Shown here piece by piece: positions 29,438 through 40,065 of a DNA stretch of 62,037 bases. The first letter of the stretch is position 1, and every line of letters begins with the position of its first letter. The notes under the pieces were generated by a model. It worked only from the letters and a program-made list of their open reading frames with translations. It was not told where the DNA came from and ran no database searches. The DNA is from an uncultured Chroococcidiopsis sp. (GTDB lineage: Bacteria > Cyanobacteriota > Cyanobacteriia > Cyanobacteriales > Chroococcidiopsidaceae), in the NCBI GenBank assembly GCA_964248365.1, contig CAXTYC010000030.1:1-62037 (forward strand). Direction: 5' to 3'. The translations under genes and the position numbers were made by a program.

Positions 29438-31390
29438 ATGCCTGTTGAAACCAATAATAATCGCCAAATCAAACAGCCAAAATTCAGGCAGTTTGGGGGC
29501 AGCTTCTTGATTTTGTTGACTATACTTTTACTGCTCAACCTTATTGTTCCTAATTTTGGTAATCAAGCACCACAAGTTGCTTATAGTGACTTTATTGCTC
29601 AAGTCGAAGCAGGTAAAGTTGACCGTGCAATTGTTGCTAGCGATCGCATTGAGTATACCCTCAAAAGCCCAACTTCAACTGGTAATGAATCCCAAGTTCC
29701 TACTGGAACAAATCAAGTATTTACTACCACGCCAATCGCAATTGACTTAGATCTGCCCAAAATCCTGCGCGATCATAATGTCAAATTTACCGCACCCGCA
29801 CCTGACAACAACGGTTGGATCGGCACTCTACTTAGTTGGGTTGTTCCTCCACTAATATTCTTTGGTATTTGGGGCTTTTTACTCAATCGTGGGGGTGGGG
29901 GTCCCGCTGCGCTGACAGTAGGCAAAAGTAAAGCTCGCATATACTCTGAAGGTAGCACAGGCGTTAAATTTACAGATGTGGCTGGGGTGGATGAAGCTAA
30001 AGCCGAACTACAAGAAATAGTAGATTTCTTGAAAAATGCTGATAAATACACTCGCCTGGGAGCAAAAATTCCCAAAGGTGTGCTATTGGTAGGACCACCA
30101 GGAACAGGTAAAACCCTGCTAGCAAAAGCGATCGCAGGTGAAGCTGGTGTCCCTTTCTTTAGTATCTCAGGCTCCGAATTCATTGAACTATTTGTCGGTG
30201 TCGGTGCAGCCAGGGTACGAGATCTATTTGTCCAAGCTAAACAACAAGCTCCTTGTATCGTCTTTATTGATGAATTGGATGCTTTGGGTAAATCTCGCGG
30301 TGGTGCTAATGGCTTCGTCGGTGGTAATGATGAGCGCGAACAAACCCTCAACCAGCTGCTTACCGAAATGGATGGCTTTGATGCCAACACTGGTGTAATC
30401 ATCATCGCTGCTACCAACCGTCCAGAAGTCCTCGATCCCGCCTTGCGTCGCCCTGGACGATTTGACCGTCAAGTAGTGGTAGACCGTCCTGATAAAATTG
30501 GTCGGTCAGCAATTCTGAAAGTCCATGCCAGAAATGTGAAACTGGCTGAAGATGTCGATTTAGAAATTATTGCAGCTCGTACCCCAGGTTTTGCTGGTGC
30601 TGACTTAGCTAATTTGGTCAATGAGGCTGCATTACTCGCCGCACGTCAGAACCGTCCAGCCGTAACTTTAGCAGACTTTAACGAAGCAATTGAGCGCGTT
30701 ATCGGTGGTTTGGAAAAACGCTCTCGCGTGTTGAATGAAACCGAGAAGAAGACTGTTGCCTATCACGAAGTTGGTCACGCTATTATTGCGACATTAATGC
30801 CAGGAGCTGGTAAAGTCGAAAAAATCTCCATCGTTCCTCGTGGTGTAGGAGCTTTGGGTTACACACTCCAGCTACCGGAAGAAGACCGCTTTTTAATGGT
30901 GGAAGACGAAATTAGAGGTAGAATTGCTACACTCTTAGGCGGGCGATCAGCTGAAGAATTAATCTTTGGTAAAGTCTCTACTGGTGCTAGCGACGATATC
31001 CAAAAAGCAACCGATCTAGCAGAGCGTTCTGTTACTCTTTACGGTATGAGCGACCAGTTAGGTCCTGTTGCGTTTGAGAAGATGCAACAAGAGTTTCTCG
31101 GCGGCTACAGTAATCCACGTCGTCCGGTTAGTCCCAAAGTAGCTGAACAAATCGACCGCGAAGTTAAGGAAATTGTCGATGGAGCGCATCACATTGCTCT
31201 AAGCGTCCTCAATCAAAATCGAGACTTGCTAGAGGAGACAGCCCAGACTCTCCTACAAAAGGAAATTCTTGAAGGTACACAACTGCGGGAAAGACTCAAT
31301 TCGGCACAAGCGACCGCAGAATTAGATGAATGGCTGCGTACAGGCAACCTACCACAAGATAAGCCTTTGATGCAATCTGTTCTGGTTTAA
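29438..31390 (+). CDS. ftsH: ATP-dependent zinc metalloprotease FtsH (FtsH4-like)
   Basis: Two TM helices, [26 protein letters not shown] zinc motif. Confidence 0.97.
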   Translation: MPVETNNNRQIKQPKFRQFGGSFLILLTILLLLNLIVPNFGNQAPQVAYSDFIAQVEAGKVDRAIVASDRIEYTLKSPTSTGNESQVPTGTNQVFTTTPIAIDLDLPKILRDHNVKFTAPAPDNNGWIGTLLSWVVPPLIFFGIWGFLLNRGGGGPAALTVGKSKARIYSEGSTGVKFTDVAGVDEAKAELQEIVDFLKNADKYTRLGAKIPKGVLLVGPPGTGKTLLAKAIAGEAGVPFFSISGSEFIELFVGVGAARVRDLFVQAKQQAPCIVFIDELDALGKSRGGANGFVGGNDEREQTLNQLLTEMDGFDANTGVIIIAATNRPEVLDPALRRPGRFDRQVVVDRPDKIGRSAILKVHARNVKLAEDVDLEIIAARTPGFAGADLANLVNEAALLAARQNRPAVTLADFNEAIERVIGGLEKRSRVLNETEKKTVAYHEVGHAIIATLMPGAGKVEKISIVPRGVGALGYTLQLPEEDRFLMVEDEIRGRIATLLGGRSAEELIFGKVSTGASDDIQKATDLAERSVTLYGMSDQLGPVAFEKMQQEFLGGYSNPRRPVSPKVAEQIDREVKEIVDGAHHIALSVLNQNRDLLEETAQTLLQKEILEGTQLRERLNSAQATAELDEWLRTGNLPQDKPLMQSVLV

Positions 31391-31409
31391 TTAACTGTTT
31401 GCTTTCAAT

Positions 31410-31445
31410 GCGATCGCTCTTAATTTAGAGGGCGATCGCTTTTTT
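31410..31445 (+). terminator. Intrinsic terminator after ftsH whose stem is built from two HIP1 sites
   Basis: GCGATCGC (31410-31417) and GCGATCGC (31432-31439) followed by T6. Confidence 0.65.
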
Positions 31446-31533
31446 GTGTAGGGTGGGCATTGCCCACCTTTTTTGTATCTTATAAGCTGTTACACAAATA
31501 AGTAGGCAATAGCCACCTTGTTTGTATATTATT

Positions 31534-32913
31534 TTAGTTCCCACGCTCAGCCTGGTAACGAAGTTTAAACTGATTCACAACACAATCAAGTCCTACCGAA
31601 CGGGCGGCTTTGAACAAAATCCGATCGCCTGCTTTCACAACTTCCTGCAATCGCAAGACCAATTCCCCATGAGTGGTAAAACACTCAGACGGAATTCCTG
31701 CTGCACTTTTAGCGATCGCCAGAGCATCTTCACCATCAGCTAAAATCAGCAATCGATCCAAATTCAACAGCTGCGCCATTGCTCCCACTTGCTGATGTAA
31801 TTCTAGCGATCGCTCTCCCAATTCTTTCATCGCGCCCAGAACGGCAATATGTCTTTTTCCTGGTGTTTGATTCAATAACTGCAATGCAGCGATCATAGCT
31901 TCAGGTGCTGCATTATAGGTTTCATCTAACAATATCACATCATTTGCTAACTCGTAACGCTGGGATCGCCCAGATGGTAAATTCACCTCTAAACCAGCAG
32001 CTAAAGCTGACCAATCAATCTGCAACACTTTTGCTACCGCAAGAGCTGCCAAAAAGTTAGAAGCATTATGCCGCCCTGGTAACGGTAAAGGTAACTCTAC
32101 TCCTTCCACCCGTATGGTTTGGGAATCGATCAGTTCACCTTGTAAATCTCCCCCTGACAAACCATAAGTTAAAGTTTCCCCCTGCCATACCGTCTTCGCC
32201 TTAGCGATTAAGCGCGAATTGTCGTGGTTGAGGATGGCAATACTATTTGAAGGCATTTCGGCTAGTAGCTCACATTTAGCCGCCGCGATCGCGTCTTCCG
32301 ATCCTAGTCGCTCAATATGTGCCGTCCCCACATTAGTAATCACACCTACAGTGGGACGAACTAGATGGGTTAAAAGGGCAATTTCGCCCCGCGCCCGCAT
32401 CGCCATTTCAACTACGGCAAATGCATGATCCGATCCCAGTTCTAGCAAAGTTTTTGGAACACCGATTTCATTATTGTAATTTGCATGAGTTTTAAGGACA
32501 TTGCCTTGTGTTGCTAAAACTGCGGCAATTATCTCCTTGGTTGTGGTTTTACCCACAGAACCAGTAATGCCAACTACGGGAATATTGAACTGTTGCCGCC
32601 ACCAACGGGCAATTGTTTGGTAAGCGGATAAAGTGTCTGCTACTTGTAGTAGCGGTAAATAATTTTGGCTGCTAGCAATTTCAAAATTAAAATTGACAAC
32701 AGCCGCGATCGCTCCTTTTTCGATTGCCATTGTAACAAACCCATGACCGTCGAACTTTTCACCTGGTAAAGCCACAAAAACTTCACCTGGCTTCAAGCTA
32801 CGAGTGTCCGTTGTGACACCAGTGATTGTAGATGCTAAGGCTTCATCAGATAAATTAAGTGGTGAAGCCGCCAGAACTTGAATTAACTGTGTCAGAGTAG
32901 CAAGACAAGGCAT
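31534..32913 (-). CDS. murF: UDP-N-acetylmuramoyl-tripeptide--D-alanyl-D-alanine ligase
   Basis: DTRSL, ITGSVGKTTTKE, NNEIGVP, DETYNAAP, LGAMKELG. Confidence 0.96.
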   Translation of the reverse strand: MPCLATLTQLIQVLAASPLNLSDEALASTITGVTTDTRSLKPGEVFVALPGEKFDGHGFVTMAIEKGAIAAVVNFNFEIASSQNYLPLLQVADTLSAYQTIARWWRQQFNIPVVGITGSVGKTTTKEIIAAVLATQGNVLKTHANYNNEIGVPKTLLELGSDHAFAVVEMAMRARGEIALLTHLVRPTVGVITNVGTAHIERLGSEDAIAAAKCELLAEMPSNSIAILNHDNSRLIAKAKTVWQGETLTYGLSGGDLQGELIDSQTIRVEGVELPLPLPGRHNASNFLAALAVAKVLQIDWSALAAGLEVNLPSGRSQRYELANDVILLDETYNAAPEAMIAALQLLNQTPGKRHIAVLGAMKELGERSLELHQQVGAMAQLLNLDRLLILADGEDALAIAKSAAGIPSECFTTHGELVLRLQEVVKAGDRILFKAARSVGLDCVVNQFKLRYQAERGN

Positions 32914-32992
32914 AAGGAAAAATTCGTAATTCGGGATTTGTAATTCGTAATTGAGAAGATTACGAATTACGGCTTCCTAGATTTTAGATGTA

Positions 32993-33364
32993 TTAGCGAC
33001 ACAGTACAGCTGTTTGAGCATTGTTATTCAGTAACAGTTTGCCATTAGCATCAATGCTAAAGTCTCGTCCTGGTATGAATTTCTTACAAATTAATCGCTG
33101 GTAGAGAGCGAATGTTGTAATTTTTTTCATTTCTTGCATGATATCGGCAGGAATCAAATATTCAAAAGTCCACAAAACTGAGTCGATATCAAACCAGATT
33201 ACACGCTCGATACTTATAAGCATTAAACCTGCTAATTCTTCGAGTGTAAGGTTATTTCTCATATAGCTAATGATGTCTTTCCCGATTCCACTGTTACGGG
33301 TCATCATTGACCTAGCTATTCTTTCTATTTCAATTTCTAGCTGTAAAGGGTTCTGATTAGTCAT
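32993..33364 (-). CDS. Hypothetical protein
   Basis: 123 aa ATG ORF with AAGGA RBS; C-terminal PGRDFSIDANGKLLL motif recalled from cyanobacterial hypotheticals. Confidence 0.7.
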   Translation of the reverse strand: MTNQNPLQLEIEIERIARSMMTRNSGIGKDIISYMRNNLTLEELAGLMLISIERVIWFDIDSVLWTFEYLIPADIMQEMKKITTFALYQRLICKKFIPGRDFSIDANGKLLLNNNAQTAVLCR

Positions 33365-33879
33365 TTGGGTTCCTTAGTGAGATTGGTGACAGCTGCGGCG
33401 AGTTTAGGCACTCCTGGTTCGCAGCTATACCAAGAACGTAGTTTTGCTAAGTATACCCAAAGATAGTTTAAATATATCTTAAGGATGAGATTAAATTTTC
33501 TTTTTTGTGGTATGCCTGTGAGGATTGCTGAGTAAGCTGATATGACAAGAGCTAGGAATTTGTAAATTAGAGCTTCTGCTTCACAAATGCTCGAAAAATT
33601 CCTAACTTGCTAAAAAATAAGTGAAATTGCCAAAATTGCCCGACAGTAACTTTAACTACTATCAGCTAACCAGTAGACCCAGATTGGGTATAAAGAAAAA
33701 CTTCAAACTCGTTTGGGGTGTAAACCTATCATTCGCCAGGGCTTCTCAAGGATAGACTTATACCATGCCCAGATTTTAGATTTTGAAGCTTACAAGAACG
33801 CAAGTTGTAGCAATTCGACTTGTAGCAGCCACAAAATCAATCGGTATTACAACAGACGAGTTCACAAGTAGGCGTGTAC

Positions 33880-34041
33880 TTATACAAACCACTTGGATTT
33901 AGGTAAGTGGTTATTATCTCTTTCAACCAATTCGATTACTGCTAACCCGATAGCAGAAGCCGATACTAGCAGTACGATGGAAACTAAATAAGCGTTGAGA
34001 AGCATTTGCAGGGCAGTATCAAAAAAAATGTAGGTAGTCAT
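33880..34041 (-). CDS. Candidate small single-pass membrane protein (53 aa, absent from the ORF track)
   Basis: Hand translation MTTYIFFDTALQMLLNAYLVSIVLLVSASAIGLAVIELVERDNNHLPKSKWFV*; one clear hydrophobic helix, in a ~930 bp gene-free gap. Confidence 0.45.
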   Translation of the reverse strand: MTTYIFFDTALQMLLNAYLVSIVLLVSASAIGLAVIELVERDNNHLPKSKWFV

Positions 34042-34294
34042 TATTGCTTATTGTGCTTAAATCAAAATTGTTTTTGTAGTCTCTTTTATTACTCCACGTC
34101 CTAAGACAGGAATTCCACCGAAATATTACTGGATTTAACTTTTTCTCAAGATGTTCTTCCTGTAATTACACGGGACTGAAATAGTGGAACTAGTGACTAG
34201 AAGAGGGCTGGGGAAGCTGGGGGAGAAATTATGAATTGCCTTTACCCTTTACCCTTTCCCTTTTCCCTTTTTCTTACTCTAGCCACTGGTTCCA

Positions 34295-35212
34295 CTAAAT
34301 AAGGCATTGCTCAATTGTTGCTACAACGGATTGGGATAGTGCTGATAAATCGTAGCCCCCTTCTAAACCAAAAACAACTTTGTGAGTTAGCTTAAGACAA
34401 TATTGGGTAAATAATCCGTAATCTTGGGGTTGCAGCAACATTTCCGCTAGAGGATCGGCTGCATTAGCATCGTAGCCAGCACTAACTATCAACAAATCCG
34501 GTTGAAAATGGGTTAAAAACGGCATTACCTGAGTTTCAAACACGGGTTGATATTGATCTTTCGCACTACCTGGAGGTAGGGGCGTATTCAAGACGTTATT
34601 GTAAGCACCTGTTTCTGATGCTTTCCCAGTGCCTGGGTAGCAAGGATACTGATGTAGCGAACAGTAGGCTATACGAGGATCGTTCTCTACTATCGCCTGT
34701 GTACCATTGCCATGATGCACGTCCCAATCGAGAATGGCAACGCGGTTAATTCCTGGTTTTTCTAGGGCGTAGTAGGCTGCGATCGCGGCGTTGGAAAATA
34801 AGCAAAAGCCCATACCGCAATTCCTTTCGGCATGGTGTCCTGGCGGTCGCGCTAGCACAAAAGCTGTTTTATTGCAAGCAACTACCAAATCTATTCCATC
34901 CAACCAAGCACTAACTGCTAGTAGGGCAACATCGTAACTACGAGGTGAAACTGGTGTATCTGGATCTAAATAACCGCCGCCTTGCTGGGCAAGTTCTCGA
35001 ACAGTTTGAATGTGTTGTGATGAATGAACTGCTTTGACGGCGGCGATGACTCTGGTTGGATCGACTGGAGTGGGCGATCGCCATTCGAGTTGGTGGGCAA
35101 AAGAGGCGGCTTTGAGGGCGGTGGCGATCGCGCTTAGACGTTCTGGCTTTTCTGGATGGTACTTACCAGTTTTGTGAAGAAGAAACTCGTCCGAATAGAT
35201 GACTGGTAACAT
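34295..35212 (-). CDS. Histone deacetylase-family (AcuC/HdaH-like) amidohydrolase
   Basis: HPEKPERL, RPPGHHA, GFCLFSN, DWDVHHGNGT, SAGYD, LEGGY. Confidence 0.95.
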   Translation of the reverse strand: MLPVIYSDEFLLHKTGKYHPEKPERLSAIATALKAASFAHQLEWRSPTPVDPTRVIAAVKAVHSSQHIQTVRELAQQGGGYLDPDTPVSPRSYDVALLAVSAWLDGIDLVVACNKTAFVLARPPGHHAERNCGMGFCLFSNAAIAAYYALEKPGINRVAILDWDVHHGNGTQAIVENDPRIAYCSLHQYPCYPGTGKASETGAYNNVLNTPLPPGSAKDQYQPVFETQVMPFLTHFQPDLLIVSAGYDANAADPLAEMLLQPQDYGLFTQYCLKLTHKVVFGLEGGYDLSALSQSVVATIEQCLI

Positions 35213-35253
35213 ATTTCAGAATTTGGCGGGATACGCCTGAAATTGTATCCCTA

Positions 35254-35475
35254 CTAGTCTCGCGTAAAACCAATCATTTCATCGCTTGGTTCATCGAGCA
35301 TTTCTGGTGTTATCGCCCCGTTCCCCCTGATTTCTTCTGGGCTGAGTTGCTTCATCTGATCGTGTATTGATGGAGGATGTTTGATTTTGTCAAGTACCTC
35401 TGGAGAGATTTCACTTTGATCGACTTGTGGATTTTCCTTTTCAGCTTGACTGGGAACTGTTTCACTATTACTCAC
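35254..35475 (-). CDS. Small acidic hypothetical protein
   Basis: 73 aa GTG ORF filling the gap upstream of the HDAC gene, co-oriented with it. Confidence 0.55.
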   Translation of the reverse strand: MSNSETVPSQAEKENPQVDQSEISPEVLDKIKHPPSIHDQMKQLSPEEIRGNGAITPEMLDEPSDEMIGFTRD

Positions 35476-35550
35476 GACTATTACCCCAAACTCATAGGCA
35501 ACAGTTTAAACGTGGCTGTTACTGCGCACACACTATCTTGAGGCTTATTC

Positions 35551-35618
35551 GATTTTGGATTTTGGATTTTAGATTTTGGATTGGTAGTTGGTAACTGGTA
35601 ACTGGTAACTGGTAACTG
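35551..35618 (+). repeat. Adjacent STRR arrays (GATTTTG)n and (TGGTAAC)n
   Basis: Tandem heptamers visible directly. Confidence 0.8.
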
Positions 35619-35691
35619 CTATGTGGTAGATGACAAAGTTCATAAAAGGCGTAAAAATTCTGTATCTTAAATTTCAATTAGGTAACTATCA

Positions 35692-36990
35692 GTGCCTTTA
35701 GATAAGCGCCCCACCACTCGATCTCAAAGTTGGACATTCACTCAGCTTGTTGGACTTGTAAAGCGTAATCCTTTAATGATCTCAGGCTGGGTTTTACGTT
35801 GGGCTATGCTGGGGTCTGTTTGTGGCATATTCGCTGCGTTGTATTGGAATGTGCTTGAGCTGATAACTCACGTCTTAAGACAATTTGAGGGACGCAGTTT
35901 ACTAATATTGATGCCGTTAGCTGGTTTAGTAGTTGGTCTTGTAATTCAATGGTTGGGGAATCCTGGTGAAATTGCCGTAATTGTTGATAATATCCATTTT
36001 CGTGGCGGTCGCCTTGATGCGCGTAAAAATCCGGCAATGATTCTTGCTTCTTTGGTAAGCATATCGGTAGGGGGTAGTGCTGGTCCAGAAGCACCGCTAG
36101 TACAGGTAACAGGCTCTTTTGGTACTTGGTTTGCCGATCGCCTGAAACTACAAGGTGAGGATCTTAGATCTATTAGTCTGGCGGGTATGGCAGCTGGCTT
36201 CACTGCTTTGTTTGGCGCACCTCTAGGCGGAGCAATGTTTGCTCTAGAGATTTTGCACCATCAGCATATTGTCGAGTACTACGAGGCGCTAATGCCAGCT
36301 ATTGTTTCGAGTTGCGCTAGTTATCTGGTGTTTACTGCGATTACACATTTGGGGATTGCACCAACTTGGCATTTCCCTCAGTACAACTTAGATAAGATCG
36401 ATGACTTTGCGTTGGCAATACTGTTTGGGATTATAGGAGCTGTGGCAGGATGGATCTTCATGGGGATTTTTCGCGGCTGCGATCACTTATTTGCCTCAAT
36501 CCCAGGACCAATTTATTTACGCACTACCCTAGCTGGTTTGCTCCTGGGCATCTTAGCAGCTGTGTTGCCCCTAAGTCGTTATTTTGGACACGAAGAGTTA
36601 GATTTGCTCCTTAATGCTAGAGTTTCTGTCATTTTCCTTTTTACTCTAGCGTTTGCCAAAATGCTTGCAATCAGCCTGACGGTTACTGGTGGTTGGCGAG
36701 GTGGGTTTATCATTCCACTGTTTTTTACTGGTGCTTGTCTTGGTAAAGCGATCGCCACCTTAGTTCCCACAGTAAATCCTGCCCTTGCCATGATCTGTAC
36801 AATGGCATCTCTAAATGCAGCGGTGACGCGGACACCTGTAAGCACTACCTTGCTACTATCTAAACTGACTAATTTTGGTCCCTTGACACCAATTTTGTTT
36901 GCCAGCTTAACAGGATTTTTTCTTGCTCCCAAAGCACCTCTAATTGCCTCTCAACTCAAATTTCAGCAAAAAGAAGGGATTGCACAATAG
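35692..36990 (+). CDS. ClC-family chloride channel/antiporter protein
   Basis: GGSAGPEAPLV (GxEGP-like), ALFGAPLGGAMFALE, GGWRGGFIIP; many TM helices. Confidence 0.9.
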   Translation: MPLDKRPTTRSQSWTFTQLVGLVKRNPLMISGWVLRWAMLGSVCGIFAALYWNVLELITHVLRQFEGRSLLILMPLAGLVVGLVIQWLGNPGEIAVIVDNIHFRGGRLDARKNPAMILASLVSISVGGSAGPEAPLVQVTGSFGTWFADRLKLQGEDLRSISLAGMAAGFTALFGAPLGGAMFALEILHHQHIVEYYEALMPAIVSSCASYLVFTAITHLGIAPTWHFPQYNLDKIDDFALAILFGIIGAVAGWIFMGIFRGCDHLFASIPGPIYLRTTLAGLLLGILAAVLPLSRYFGHEELDLLLNARVSVIFLFTLAFAKMLAISLTVTGGWRGGFIIPLFFTGACLGKAIATLVPTVNPALAMICTMASLNAAVTRTPVSTTLLLSKLTNFGPLTPILFASLTGFFLAPKAPLIASQLKFQQKEGIAQ

Positions 36991-37125
36991 CTGGCGAGCT
37001 TTTAGCAACACAATTGAGTAGACAGGAGACACAAGACAGAAGGGGGAGCAATAGGATCGCGCTTGTGAACGCGCGTAGGCACAGATGAAGAATTAAATAT
37101 TCTGTCTCCTAACTAAAGTATCCAT

Positions 37126-37160
37126 TCTCCATGCTCCATGCTCCATGCTCCATGCTCCAT
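37126..37160 (+). repeat. STRR array (CTCCATG)n
   Basis: Tandem heptamers upstream of gyrA. Confidence 0.8.
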
Positions 37161-37435
37161 TCTCCTGTCTTCTTTTTCGGTAACTGATATGCAGGAACTC
37201 TTAAATAAATGTCAGACCGTGTGTTGGTGGATCTGTTACGTGGCATGAATTGTCTATTTTGACGATCTGACATTTATTTATGTCGTTGTACTTAACTGAT
37301 TGGGCATCCAAATATAGATGAAATATGATAGAATTTTGATATAATTAATAGCTTTTTGGGACATAAACCAAAAGTTTTCCAAGTTTTTGGGCGATATCTG
37401 CCGAAAATTTACATTTTTGGAGTTTTTTCACGAGT

Positions 37436-40012
37436 ATGACCATAATCCCTACTGATCTGCGGAACGAAATGTCCCGGTCTTACCTGGAATACGCCATGAG
37501 CGTGATTGTGGGGAGGGCGCTGCCAGATGCCAGGGATGGTCTGAAACCTGTGCATCGGCGGATTCTCTACGCTATGCACGAGTTGGGATTAGCGGCAGAC
37601 CGCCCGTTTCGTAAGTGCGCCCGTGTAGTCGGGGAAGTGTTGGGTAAATATCACCCACATGGGGACACAGCAGTGTATGATGCCCTGGTGCGGATGGCGC
37701 AGGATTTTTCCATGCGATCGCCCCTAATTGCAGGGCATGGCAACTTCGGCTCGGTAGACAACGATCCTCCGGCAGCAATGCGTTACACAGAATGCCGTTT
37801 GGAAGCATTAACAGAAAACGCCCTGCTGCGCGATATTGAATCAGAAACCGTAGACTTTACTGATAACTTCGACGGATCGCAACAAGAACCAACTGTCTTA
37901 CCAGCTAGAATTCCCCAACTGTTACTCAATGGCTCTTCGGGTATTGCGGTGGGTATGGCAACGAACATTCCCCCCCACAATCTGGGAGAGTTAATTGATG
38001 GCTTGGTAGCACTAATTCACAATCCAGAAATTACCGACATCGAACTGATGCGGTATATCCCAGGTCCCGACTTTCCTACAGGGGCGCAAATTTTGGGAAC
38101 AAGTGCGATTCGAGAAGCTTATACCACTGGTCGCGGTTCCATCACCATGCGCGGTATAGCCCAGATTGAAACGATTGAACAGCGGGGTCGCCCAGAACGG
38201 GAAGCGATTATCATCACTGAGTTGCCTTACCAAACAAATAAGGCGGCGCTGATTGAGAAAATCGCTGAGATGGTTAATGAAAAGCGGCTAGAGGGAATTG
38301 CTGATATTCGGGATGAAAGCGATCGCGATGGAATGCGAATTGTAATTGAACTCAAACGCGATGCCTATCCCCGCGTCGTCCTCAACAACCTCTTCAAGCA
38401 AACACCCTTGCAAGCCAATTTTGGGGCGAATATGCTGGCGTTGGTAAATGAAGCACCCCAGCTATTAACCCTAAAGCAGTTTCTGAACGTGTTTCTTGAT
38501 TTCCGAGTAGAAGCGATTACTCGGCGGACACAGTATGAACTGCGTAAAGCAGAAGAACGGGATCATATACTGCAAGGATTATTAATTGCACTGTTAAACT
38601 TAGACCCAATCATAGTTTTGATCCGCAATGCACCTGATACACCTACAGCACGTCAGGGATTGATGGAAACCTATGGATTATCAGAAGTACAGGCAGATGC
38701 AATTTTGCAAATGCAACTGCGACGACTAACTGCTTTAGAAGCAGAAAAGATTCGTCACGAACACGATGAATTACAAATACAGATCGCAGATTTACAAGAT
38801 ATCTTGGCAAGACGCGATCGCATTCTCGAAATTATTGAAACTGAAGTAACCCAACTCAAAGATACCTACGCCACACCTCGACGGACAGTAATTGAGCCAG
38901 CAGAAGGCGAATTTGATGACGTTGACTTGATCGCCAATGAAAAAGTAGTGATTTTGTTGACCGAACAGGGATATATCAAACGAATGCCCCTCAATACCTT
39001 TGAAGCGCAAAGCCGCGCCACCAGAGGCAAGTCAGGAACGAGGATGAAAGAAGATGACGGAATTGAGCATTTCTTGACTTGTTGCGATCATGACAGTGTA
39101 CTATTTTTTAGCGATCGCGGCGTAGTATATTCCCTCAAAACATATCAAATTCCAGCCGGATCGCGCACAAGTAGGGGTGTACCAATTGTGCAAATGCTGC
39201 CCATCCCCAAAGAAGAAAAAATTACTTCTATCGTTCCCGTGAGCGAATTTACCAGCGATGAATATCTGGTAATGCTAACCAAAGGCGGTTACATCAAGAA
39301 AACCGAATTAGCAGCTTTCAGTAATATTCGAGCAAATGGGTTAATTGCCATTTCCCTAGAAGAAGGCGATCAACTGCGATGGGTGCGACGGGCGCGAGTT
39401 GAAGATAGCATTATCATTGGCTCTCGTTCTGGCATGGCAATTCACTTTAGAACCAACCATGAACAATTACGTCCCTTGGGTAGAGCCACCAGAGGCGTAA
39501 AAGCAATGAAATTGCGCGATGGAGATGAACTCGTTGGCATGGATATTCTAGCTGGTTCAGTTCTGGCTAGTCTACCCACAGAGGAAGCAGATCCGACAGA
39601 AGCTGACATCGAAGAAAATGAAATTGCAGATAGCGAAGAAGAAACAGTAGACTTAGCAAATGGTAGTCTTGGTCCTTGGGTGTTAATTGTCACTATGGGC
39701 GGCTACGGTAAGCGAGTTCCGGTTTCTCAGTTCAAGCTGTATAATCGAGCAACCAAGGGTAAGATTGCGACGAAATTCAAAAATCGCAAATCTAAAGACC
39801 AACTAGCAGCCCTGATGATTGTCAACGAAGATGACGAATTAATGATAGTCACCAGTCGCGGTATTATTATTCGTCAAGCCGCGAATGCAATTTCACCCCA
39901 ATCGAGAACAGCTACAGGAGTAAGAGTACAACGTCTAGATGAAGATGATGCGATCGCCGCTGTAGCATTAGTTCCCCCCGATGTCAATGATGAGGAAGAA
40001 TCTGAGAATTAG
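37436..40012 (+). CDS. gyrA: DNA gyrase subunit A
   Basis: [26 protein letters not shown] (catalytic Tyr), GyrA-box-like QSRATRG, beta-pinwheel repeats. Confidence 0.96.
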   Translation: MTIIPTDLRNEMSRSYLEYAMSVIVGRALPDARDGLKPVHRRILYAMHELGLAADRPFRKCARVVGEVLGKYHPHGDTAVYDALVRMAQDFSMRSPLIAGHGNFGSVDNDPPAAMRYTECRLEALTENALLRDIESETVDFTDNFDGSQQEPTVLPARIPQLLLNGSSGIAVGMATNIPPHNLGELIDGLVALIHNPEITDIELMRYIPGPDFPTGAQILGTSAIREAYTTGRGSITMRGIAQIETIEQRGRPEREAIIITELPYQTNKAALIEKIAEMVNEKRLEGIADIRDESDRDGMRIVIELKRDAYPRVVLNNLFKQTPLQANFGANMLALVNEAPQLLTLKQFLNVFLDFRVEAITRRTQYELRKAEERDHILQGLLIALLNLDPIIVLIRNAPDTPTARQGLMETYGLSEVQADAILQMQLRRLTALEAEKIRHEHDELQIQIADLQDILARRDRILEIIETEVTQLKDTYATPRRTVIEPAEGEFDDVDLIANEKVVILLTEQGYIKRMPLNTFEAQSRATRGKSGTRMKEDDGIEHFLTCCDHDSVLFFSDRGVVYSLKTYQIPAGSRTSRGVPIVQMLPIPKEEKITSIVPVSEFTSDEYLVMLTKGGYIKKTELAAFSNIRANGLIAISLEEGDQLRWVRRARVEDSIIIGSRSGMAIHFRTNHEQLRPLGRATRGVKAMKLRDGDELVGMDILAGSVLASLPTEEADPTEADIEENEIADSEEETVDLANGSLGPWVLIVTMGGYGKRVPVSQFKLYNRATKGKIATKFKNRKSKDQLAALMIVNEDDELMIVTSRGIIIRQAANAISPQSRTATGVRVQRLDEDDAIAAVALVPPDVNDEEESEN

Positions 40013-40065
40013 GGGCTAGAGGCTAGGGGCTAGAGGCTAGAGGCTAGAGGAAGCAGGGGAAAAGA

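Noticed and set aside
29773..30417. 214-aa antisense ORF inside ftsH (and similar shadow ORFs in porin, ClC, gyrA, PBP, tyrS)
   Set aside because: Antisense or alternate-frame shadows of highly conserved genes, with no independent motifs.
37436..40012. Acidic low-complexity stretch in GyrA considered as a possible intein or insertion element
   Set aside because: No intein N-terminal Cys/Ser block or His-Asn end; short acidic loops are ordinary in cyanobacterial GyrA C-terminal domains.
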